This document shows, one piece after another, positions 7,501-13,058 of a stretch of 17,013 nt of DNA (the first letter of the stretch is position 1; every line of letters starts with the position of its first letter). Location: contig CAZGJX010000091.1 of assembly GCA_964525635.1 (NCBI GenBank), forward strand, positions 1-17,013, written 5' to 3'. The DNA comes from an uncultured archaeon (GTDB lineage Archaea > Asgardarchaeota > Lokiarchaeia > Sigyniarchaeales > SOKP01). A program made the translations under genes and the position numbers. The notes under the pieces are model-generated. The model was given only the letters and a program-made list of their open reading frames with translations. It ran no database searches and was not told the origin of the DNA.

Positions 7501-10157
7501 TTCCAGAAATAAATCCAAATCCTAAAGAGATTCAAAAGAATGAATTGGTGGATAATTTCAACGAGATTAGAGCAGTAAATGATAAAATAAAGCTTAAGAC
7601 AGAAAATATAGTAGATCCATATTCAAAACAGAAACTGATTACTACACATAATAATATAGATACTATAAAGCGAGTAGGGAAATATTCTGAGATTGTAGAT
7701 ACAGGAGATTATGAATCTTTTACTGCAGAAAAGATTATGACTGTTAAAGAATTCTTAAAGGCTAAGCATTTATTTGGCACAAATATTAACCTTGGAGTCT
7801 TGGTCAACGGTAAAAAAGTAAGTCTTGATTACATCATATCTCCAAATGATGATGTTGCTATTATGCCTCACATTGGAGGGAATGCTCATAACAATGTAAA
7901 TATAAACGATCCAAGGGTAAATGAGATAATTGATAAAATAAATAGAGTTTTAGATTCTGGATCATCAAAGAAATGCTTCATATTTTTAACTGAAGAGGAA
8001 AGAGAATATCTTTTAAATTATTATAAAGGATTATCTTCTGGATTATTCCAACAAAATGAATGGAATCCAAATGAGCCAAGTCCTTATGTTCCTCATTTGA
8101 AGTTTTTAATTGATGAAATGGTTATTCTCTTATTTGAATTAGAAATCATTGATAAGAAAACATATACAGCAATCGAAGATCTTAAAATTTATGGAAATAG
8201 AAGATTATCTTATGTTATAGACGGATTAAAAAGTACAAGTGATATTAGTAAATTTAAAGTTGGAGAAGAGACATTAGATAAATGGTTTGTACGAATTGAG
8301 AATATCATAAATACATATTATGAGACTCAGTTTAATATGTTAGAAGCGGAATATAATATTGGACTTCAAATAGAAAAAGAAAACAAATTATTTGCTGTTC
8401 ATGATTTCTTCAATTCTTTTTATTCATTATTTGGATTTACTAAAGAAAACAGATTCTATAGAGATGCTAGAATAATGTTGATAAGTTGGGGAGAAATTTT
8501 AAGATTAGCAGATTTACCTGAATTTAAGGATAATAGACTTCAAAATTTAGAGGATTTTATCGGTCGTGATACTCATCAAATATATAGATCATTAGTCCGA
8601 AATCCTTTTGCTATACCAGATATAAAAGCAGTAATTAGATTAGAATCAGATATTGAGACTGCTTTAAATACTAAGACTGAATTCTCACCTCAAGAAATAG
8701 AAGCTATTATGAATGAAATTCAATCAATAACTCAACAATATATAAATATTATACAAAATTATTTAAAAGGAGAAGATCTTCTGAAGAATCTTCCTGACGG
8801 TCCAAGAAAAAGATTACTACAAGATATTATTCATTATCCATACAATAATATTCTAGAAGGAATTCAGGATAGAAAGATACTTTCAAAATTGCTATTTGGA
8901 GGAGAATACGATCAAATTGGTAAATTTACCCACGAGAAAAAAAGGGTAGAATTGAAAAAATTGTTCCAAATAAAAATAATGGTTGAACAATGGTCTCTTA
9001 AGACATTTAAAGAATTAAAGATTGATATTACAAAGAATCTTTTAATTGATTTAAAACTCTATATCAATAATATAATTGATGATTTTATATTTAACAATCC
9101 GGAATATGATTATGTCAGCGATTCTGTCTTGCGATTTGGGGTATTTCATAATAAAGATTTTCTAAAAAAGGAATATAGGATGATTTATAATATTTGGAGA
9201 GTTTTTGCTATTTCCTACGAAGATCCTAAGATTTCTTTTAAAAAAATTCAAAAAGAGGTAGATATCGGTTATGGTTTAACACGGAGATTAAGGGGGGAAG
9301 GTGCAAATTATAATATTGGTACGGGGATATTGCTAAAATATTTAAATAAGATCCAAGGATTTTTGAGTTCTGAGAATGATATCCAAAAGAGAGAGCTATA
9401 TCAAGAAGCTATTGATACGATTAAGCATTATGCTGCTGACCGTCATTTAGGTTATGAATTCTATCAAGAGACTAAAGATATAAGGGGAGATTATAATCAT
9501 CTTTGGTATCAAAATTGGTATAAATCCACTCTGATTATTCTTGGATTGGCGAGATTAGGAGGTATTAATCCTCTGACATGTGAGCCGATTGAAGCGACGT
9601 TATTTGATAGCGATCATAATACAGAAGGCGGAGTTTTTCAACCGCATCATTTTAGTGTCAGGGAAAAGCATCTTCTTCTTGTAGGAAGAATATTTATTCT
9701 TAATAGTCAATGGCATGGACGTTTTAACACTCTTGCGCAGACAAGCATGGGTGTTCAATTGCAGCTACAATTGAGGGATGCAATTCTTTCTTTAATGGAA
9801 TCTGATAAGAAATTCATTGATGAGAATGATATACGACAAGCGTTTGGAGACCTTGAAATCTTTGGTAAAAGAGTTTCAGATTGGTGGATAAAAGATGATG
9901 ATTATGTAAAAAATATAGCACGATTTAATCAAAACAGAGAGTTAATTAAACAAGGTAATATATTTGAATTCATTGACAAGAATTTCGAATTAGAAGATGA
10001 AAGCAATCCCGTTTTAGAAAGATTTTGGAATGCTATGAAGGAGACGATGAGTGGATTTTTAATGCTTCATGATGATTTTGACTTCTCATATCTATTTACT
10101 CAGAAAGATATGGAGTTTATCAGAAAGACCTTCAAATTAGAAAATATAAGCAGTTAG
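1503..10157 (+). CDS. Giant multidomain protein (2884 aa from TTG 1503; frame open from 1185), putative polymorphic toxin: Ca-binding acidic stalk, hydrophobic region, internal Ubl-GG, HTH repeats, HNH-like nuclease
   Basis: Uninterrupted ~9-kb frame. Motifs DLNLDG (3612), DNDCDG (4011) and DTNEDG (4872). Hydrophobic segments at 3852-3923, 5316-5459, 6627-6767 and 7155-7220. MoaD-like ...VNGKKVSLDYIISPNDDVAIMPHIGG. C-terminal HH...H-x3-N motif. The CDS itself is certain, the function is inferred. Confidence 0.9.
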   Translation: MEFDIAGELGEYDSQLLDKIHAGNYAALHIDTNIKNLESLEYLKIELHDVSGNMLTYTQYISKEELEMYDNTIKINLPDEINTLQKIVFIPIFRSDQEYSNDNDIGITRIQTIEVNGDLLSYSGNDIEYIDIELEYDLIINNTNSGYELAYVFNERLEHLIFPESTPIVYDTLNDDNGDILSYILRIPKQYIKSITNETTSFKTGEIFAIRYNSPVKKGISMAIGKMYFENNYHPDIKKAQLMFINADTSQSYSQFTEDYYYSVPLRLTPYDTETSGRFKAVRIDLNFTSLYELIGEDTVDFSNLVFSVPNPCYELTINEIVIIKDAYEPTPEYGSDESRVWQYSEIEMFQASNNPTQDCYQLSLETEPLFYPNTEWIEYLNIFDEDGNYYSAGITGDQYQLLYNQDNQSFTWNPEFNQFPSYFGMEWEEPLMIAPNKSLYFQYCTPSSWTEPIRIDKENIDLESIRVVYQYNNLLRPEHYDWYHNYFKPSHSYENIAYSFRDEVDYSVTQYYHESFTVYRNASIYTHTFDIGDLNLQEDFINLGLYKIVGLTPTFETEILTNNENYNIHFNKNNNSLTVENIENTGLNKFDLITVVLNYSHGPISSYSEIELNGYFNETYLQDPMQSFYGHVDIDFNYINPAGQVLFAENSDIITSEITSFIPISYCPNPDISNNYELMKYQLDIYDKFELYLDDSSVIYEADLNLDGEPEYKHEIDLDQDYIVDVIKYGIPDPENEGQIIWHTIIQKSKGYESKLTRESEPREITKWFDIDDRIFATYEFNLAKLIPMLLLPTALIEGVAKMILPDVDYWAQKSEQREVTREEFIQYNFYSITVDNDCDGYSDQQMSYERNDVSIDYEVKTFKKTILAAKNQNLYNFITAYIERSVKSFITDSRESLVFNDGLTEDILDSGDFSECNWHVRYNEQYLEATYRKFTENISTIYTESYSQEKLTITDYNEEEIEEQRVYIDDFKSNEVDELDQYFKIAVLQHQITNVDTGEALNIEFDPILPYTNPLNITWTGETWGSDDVPIKLDSLHVFRLNGSYTTNYFEKQLYIRIPNRYSLYNDYGIQSRDDTYDSGYAQFLTKGILITPQDGEVYYTGDIEAFIDGSAKTEGHYFFVDTNEDGFFESIYILSALNSTAEDGTPCYDVISIGFNYDGIHDFVPYEKIKENSYSRTDIYGLSQERVSFGSDWLYNFGKLKNVKLLFPNNDEIWENYRPKDHIFEIYKLIDISKNPKFSALFYEVRHKTYSMAWNSYFNQLANDIAEQVFTVTLTATISACVESVMLVSVILAPYAHITATATYFAIYTLLTKFFIDGEIHESDSRTRAFKFYPVDRERKGTTSLNERSYWDRILKDSTIAAMIGHPGGYYRTVSGGPPEERYTAQLLVSPDNGDRIERSLGGFFEFLAENLFSMGESDPDTFTALDFDDFNIDYFLLSNELYAYNGRSHYTFRISNFTCSDYNDYRENTLGALQDMVRTASNGELNAIRPTCVNGVPEYEFINKDSQQYQGILPLTSLYRPIVVSEERYSQIIARSGHLTINAQGIDYNNSLGIYAYDLNLIESQFYRAKIPINENGFDYPITNIYIDVVENFAGFGDSYLCRYLMVNTSYFVVDDGNLYLTKSLEEIVSEQYGEIEDLTSSEYSQIYYKIHIIFDLIVADTSEETHQLALAQGTTYAIMDYFNQYTYAEVSANMIAEIAYTETLTFWSTYISAPAAYFASTVASAAMLSGLASAGSMLAKSALEALVISFKRNLIKTLFTMFVAAPIKEVFEEIIKDGLIETLAESFVDFMGGTEDMAYWLSSLGTSFREVKGPIGQLVLGGDTNLQTQIALVQAIEQGDIDTILEIEERLEKEREDQLALESDQEEMKYTWKKILSSKFFKCAILAIPTLFYAPLGLGTINKMFDTMGKWVSKSASNIYGKIESKIQAFRKNRISSHSSISIGLEQQLSVENLFLRNMEEQMKKPSELDDVQLNALFRGQQEIEVDNMPICIIFPEINPNPKEIQKNELVDNFNEIRAVNDKIKLKTENIVDPYSKQKLITTHNNIDTIKRVGKYSEIVDTGDYESFTAEKIMTVKEFLKAKHLFGTNINLGVLVNGKKVSLDYIISPNDDVAIMPHIGGNAHNNVNINDPRVNEIIDKINRVLDSGSSKKCFIFLTEEEREYLLNYYKGLSSGLFQQNEWNPNEPSPYVPHLKFLIDEMVILLFELEIIDKKTYTAIEDLKIYGNRRLSYVIDGLKSTSDISKFKVGEETLDKWFVRIENIINTYYETQFNMLEAEYNIGLQIEKENKLFAVHDFFNSFYSLFGFTKENRFYRDARIMLISWGEILRLADLPEFKDNRLQNLEDFIGRDTHQIYRSLVRNPFAIPDIKAVIRLESDIETALNTKTEFSPQEIEAIMNEIQSITQQYINIIQNYLKGEDLLKNLPDGPRKRLLQDIIHYPYNNILEGIQDRKILSKLLFGGEYDQIGKFTHEKKRVELKKLFQIKIMVEQWSLKTFKELKIDITKNLLIDLKLYINNIIDDFIFNNPEYDYVSDSVLRFGVFHNKDFLKKEYRMIYNIWRVFAISYEDPKISFKKIQKEVDIGYGLTRRLRGEGANYNIGTGILLKYLNKIQGFLSSENDIQKRELYQEAIDTIKHYAADRHLGYEFYQETKDIRGDYNHLWYQNWYKSTLIILGLARLGGINPLTCEPIEATLFDSDHNTEGGVFQPHHFSVREKHLLLVGRIFILNSQWHGRFNTLAQTSMGVQLQLQLRDAILSLMESDKKFIDENDIRQAFGDLEIFGKRVSDWWIKDDDYVKNIARFNQNRELIKQGNIFEFIDKNFELEDESNPVLERFWNAMKETMSGFLMLHDDFDFSYLFTQKDMEFIRKTFKLENISS
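7650..7880 (+). other. Internal ubiquitin-like beta-grasp domain (ThiS/MoaD/SAMP family) ending in di-glycine, aa ~2050-2126 of the giant ORF
   Basis: IKRVGKYSEIVDTGDYESFTAEKIMTVKEFLKAKHLFGTNINLGVLVNGKKVSLDYIISPNDDVAIMPHIGG follows the MoaD/SAMP pattern along its whole length (TV.e.L, V.VNG, l...D.VaI.P.i.GG). About 77 aa, with GG at 7875-7880. Confidence 0.85.
8160..9353 (+). repeat. Four degenerate ~110-125-aa helical repeats with XRE/Cro-like HTH cores inside the giant ORF
   Basis: Cores start at ~8160 (TYTAIEDLKIYGNRRLSYVI..VGEETLDKW), ~8535 (RLQNLEDFIGRDTHQIYRSLVRNPFAIPDIKAVIRL), ~8868 (DRKILSKLLFGGEYDQIGKFTHEKKRVELKKLFQI) and ~9234 (SFKKIQKEVDIGYGLTRRLRGEGANYNIGTGILLKY). Spacings are 375, 333 and 366 nt. 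Confidence 0.5.
9558..9728 (+). other. HNH-like (beta-beta-alpha-Me) nuclease motif near the C-terminus of the giant ORF
   Basis: GGINPLTCEPI...FQPHHF...RIFILNSQWHGRFN, with HH at 9645-9650, H at 9714 and N at 9726. The spacing fits HNH/HNN nucleases, but the central Asn position is Arg. Confidence 0.6.
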
Positions 10158-10185
10158 ATAAAATATATATGAGGAAAAATATATT

Positions 10186-10566
10186 ATGAGTATGATGAGT
10201 ATGAAAAAGTATAGAGAAATTAAAATAAAAGACTCAAGATTGCGAAAAATTCGAAATGAATTTCGGAAATTAATTAATCTGGAATGTAAAAAAAGAGAAG
10301 TTGAAATTGATAATAAAAAATGGGCAATAGGAAAAGATTCAGATGGTAAATATAGACCTACAGAAGAAGATAGAAAATTAATTGGTCAATTAAATAGTCA
10401 ATATTGGGCAATAGAATCCCCTCGTAGAAGGTCAATAATTAGATGTAATATTTGCCATGAATTAGAAAGTGATAGAATTTATTACCCAGAAACGGGAGAA
10501 TGGTACTGCCCTGACTGCTATGACAAATTTTATGTACATCCCGAACAATTTGTACCTCAAGGATAA
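10186..10566 (+). CDS. Small basic protein with a C-terminal C4 zinc finger, candidate immunity/partner protein
   Basis: CNIC-x17-CPDC. Starts 28 nt after the giant ORF stop on the same strand, with GAGGA at 10171-10175. The start could be any of the clustered ATGs at 10186-10201. Confidence 0.85.
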   Translation: MSMMSMKKYREIKIKDSRLRKIRNEFRKLINLECKKREVEIDNKKWAIGKDSDGKYRPTEEDRKLIGQLNSQYWAIESPRRRSIIRCNICHELESDRIYYPETGEWYCPDCYDKFYVHPEQFVPQG

Positions 10567-10705
10567 ATCATATCATATCAATTTTATTTATATTATTACT
10601 TTTATTGTTAATATCAGATTAGATACTATTATATTTTCCATTTAAATCTAAGAGTAATTGTAACTTGAGAAATGTAAAATTATAATTAGATGCTTATAAG
10701 TTTAA

Positions 10706-10897
10706 ATTCTTATTTCATTTGCGGGAAATACCGACGCCAATTTAAAAGATCTTCTAACTAAAGCTAAGAAAAAAATTGGTGCTGGCGGTACGATAAGAGG
10801 GAAAAGTATAGAACTTATGGGTGATCATCGCTTTAAAATGAAAAAATTTCTCATAGATATGGGATATGATGAAGATCGAATAAGAATTAAAGAATAA
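10706..10897 (+). pseudogene. sui1: 3' half of translation initiation factor aIF1/SUI1 (5'-truncated); missing from the ORF track
   Basis: Translates to ILISFAGNTDANLKDLLTKAKKKIGAGGTIRGKSIELMGDHRFKMKKFLIDMGYDEDRIRIKE*, containing the SUI1 hallmark GGT...IEL.GDHR. In-frame TAA at 10703-10705, no start codon before the conserved core, N-terminal part absent. Confidence 0.88.
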
Positions 10898-10932
10898 AGG
10901 GAGAATAAATAACTTTTTAAAAGTTATTCAAA

Positions 10933-10954
10933 TTTTTTTTTTCATATTTTTTTT
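10933..10954 (+). terminator. Archaeal-type oligo-T terminator (T10 + T8) downstream of the sui1 fragment
   Basis: T10-CATA-T8 about 35 nt after the TAA at 10897. Confidence 0.45.
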
Positions 10955-11063
10955 AAATGTAGATGTTATGTAAACTTAAAAAATATAGTTGAAATTCGTC
11001 ATCAGTTTTAATTTTATAGAATAAAAATGTTGATAGAAAAAAAAAAGAAGTTTAATTTAATAT

Positions 11064-11342
11064 TTATGCAGGTCCACCATCAGTAACAATCTAACCATAG
11101 ATACTAGTAAGATTCCCTCTAGCCCAAGTAGCAGGTCCCATGCTGTATCTAGAATTACCACCATGAAATGTTACTCCATATTGTAAAGAAGGTAAACTCA
11201 CCCATCCAATTAAAAAACTATCATAAATCACTGTAGATAATGTAATTCCTTCAAACATACTAACCATATTTGTCACACTTGATACGTCCCAACTACCAAT
11301 AGATTGATTGAATGAAAGTGCATAATAGAACATATAAATCAT
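11064..11342 (-). pseudogene. DUF285/BspA-like surface-repeat protein remnant, 5'-truncated with an internal nonsense codon
   Basis: [27 protein letters not shown] is the DUF285 repeat, and ...YDSFLIGW...[11 protein letters not shown]...ARGNL...YG*IVTDGGPA* is its usual C-terminal cap. The W of the GW.ITDGG motif is TAG at 11091-11093. Only ~1.5 repeats remain and there is no signal peptide. Confidence 0.85.
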
Positions 11343-11444
11343 GCTATTTTATATAAACATTTGTACAAAAGATTACATTTAAATTATTTTTAAAAATACA
11401 ATATCAATATTCCTTTATTTTAACTAAAATTAATAATTCAATTT

Positions 11445-12107
11445 CTATAATGTATTATGGTCAATATAATTTTTAATAAATTTATCAATCTCTTTAGCTG
11501 GTTGAATTACTCCAAAGTGTCCTTCACATAATATATCAGCTTCTAATATAAGAAGTTTTTCCATAGATTTTTGGTATTCTTTTAAATTAGAACCAAATTC
11601 TGATGAAAAAGGACCATGTACATCTTGAGCAAATAATATTTTTCCATTATTAATTTCTAATAATACGGAAATTGAACCTGGTGTATGACCAGGAGTATGA
11701 ATACATTGAAATTCATTTTCTCCAAGTTTTAAAATTTCAAAATCTCCTTTAAATTGTTGAAATAATTCAATAGGATTATAAGATATACCATACCAAGAAG
11801 CTGCAGTTTTATTATCATGTCCTTTCTCTTCAATTGCTTTAGCATCTAATTCATGAGCATAAAATTTTACCAAAGGTTTAAGCATTTTAAGTTGATAACA
11901 TGCAGCGATATGGTCAATATGACAATGAGTTATAATACAATGATTGATATCTAATGGATCTAATCCTTCTCTATATATCTCTTTTATTAAATCTATACTC
12001 ATTCCACAATCTATTAAAACAAGCCCATCATTACTTTTAGTATCAATTAAATATATATCGCATCCAGAACTTCCTATATGATATACATTTTCAGTAATTT
12101 CTTTCAT
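11445..12107 (-). CDS. MBL-fold metallo-hydrolase (glyoxalase II-like)
   Basis: LIDCG, THCHIDH (HxHxDH), HTPGHTPGS, LFAQD and CEGH motifs. Confidence 0.95.
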   Translation of the reverse strand: MKEITENVYHIGSSGCDIYLIDTKSNDGLVLIDCGMSIDLIKEIYREGLDPLDINHCIITHCHIDHIAACYQLKMLKPLVKFYAHELDAKAIEEKGHDNKTAASWYGISYNPIELFQQFKGDFEILKLGENEFQCIHTPGHTPGSISVLLEINNGKILFAQDVHGPFSSEFGSNLKEYQKSMEKLLILEADILCEGHFGVIQPAKEIDKFIKNYIDHNTL

Positions 12108-12157
12108 TTCTAAATCATTTCCTTGTTTTTTTCAAGAAAGTTTTTTAAAATAGCTAA

Positions 12158-12185
12158 TTTTTATAATCAAAAAACATTATAAAAA
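12158..12185. promoter_or_regulatory. Back-to-back TATA boxes or palindromic operator between divergent genes
   Basis: TTTTTATAAT-CAAAAAAC-ATTATAAAAA is a perfect 10-bp inverted repeat with an 8-bp spacer. It reads TTATAAAA on each strand toward each gene. Confidence 0.55.
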
Positions 12186-12206
12186 CTAAGTAATTTTATT
12201 CTAATA

Positions 12207-13058
12207 TTGATTATAATGGAAGATACAATTAACCATGTTCAAGAAAAGGAGAAAAGATCTCTTTCTAATAAAATAAAGAAATATGTTAAGAATCTAATAG
12301 ATTTTTCATCATATAGCAAGAAGACTATCCTATTTATTATTTTTATTATCATACTACTGATAATTTCATTATATTTAGTTTATTATAATGTGTTTATTGA
12401 TTCTACAACTTTATATAGAATAGTTATTGATTGGTTTGTTAATCCAATTTATAATTTGGGAATATGGGGTATTTTTTTATTTATTGGTATTATGGCAATT
12501 CAAGGATTAATTATTCCACTCCCTTCTGAGGTTGTGTTATTAGCAACTGGAATGATATGGGGATGGCTTGGGGGAGGAATTATGGGAGTTATAGGTTCAG
12601 TTGCAGCAGGTACTTTATGTTTCTATATAAGTAGAAAAGGAGGGAGACCACTTGCTGAAAAGTTCGTTGGAAAAAAGGCAATAGATCTTGCTGATAGGTT
12701 TATTCATAAATATGGTACTTTTTCAATTCTAATTGGTCGCCTAATACCATTTATTCCATTTGATGTTGTAAGTTATGCAGGAGGAGTTGTTGATATTGAT
12801 GCAAAGAAATATACCTTTACAACATTTATCGGATCAATCCCACGAGCTTTCTTCTATTCGGTATTAGGGGCTTCTTTTGGACTTCAACCACCAATAACTC
12901 TTAGTGAGTTACCTTTAGATGAAATAGAAGCTCAAGCGGCTTGGTTTAATTTAATATTAATTATTTTAGTAATTGTTCTAGTAATAATTTTTATTGCTTA
13001 TTATTTAACTACTTTATATTTACAAAAGAAAATAACAAAAGAAAATAATGAAAAATAA
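12207..13058 (+). CDS. TVP38/TMEM64 (DedA superfamily, VTT/SNARE_assoc domain) membrane protein; ATG 12216 is an alternative start
   Basis: IQGLIIPLPSEVVLLATGMIWG, FYISRKGGRP, GRLIPFIPFDVVSYAGG and TFIGSIPR motifs. Confidence 0.93.
   Translation: MIIMEDTINHVQEKEKRSLSNKIKKYVKNLIDFSSYSKKTILFIIFIIILLIISLYLVYYNVFIDSTTLYRIVIDWFVNPIYNLGIWGIFLFIGIMAIQGLIIPLPSEVVLLATGMIWGWLGGGIMGVIGSVAAGTLCFYISRKGGRPLAEKFVGKKAIDLADRFIHKYGTFSILIGRLIPFIPFDVVSYAGGVVDIDAKKYTFTTFIGSIPRAFFYSVLGASFGLQPPITLSELPLDEIEAQAAWFNLILIILVIVLVIIFIAYYLTTLYLQKKITKENNEK

Larger units (their letters stand above)
1185..10713 (+). mobile_element. Putative remnant of an integrative element carrying a giant gene and its partner gene
   Basis: Bounded on the left by a truncation junction (~1200-1215) and on the right by an orphan sui1 3' half. 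Visibly more GC-rich than the very AT-rich genes at 11400-16300. No integrase is visible in the window. Confidence 0.45.

Noticed and set aside
7650-7880. Molybdopterin or thiamine sulfur-carrier role for the MoaD-like domain
   Set aside because: The GG is not terminal and no moaE/moeB/thi genes are in the window.
11091-11093. In-frame TAG as pyrrolysine or stop-codon reassignment
   Set aside because: It replaces a conserved Trp by a single TGG->TAG change in an already truncated gene. TAG serves as a normal stop for the giant ORF and the MBL gene.
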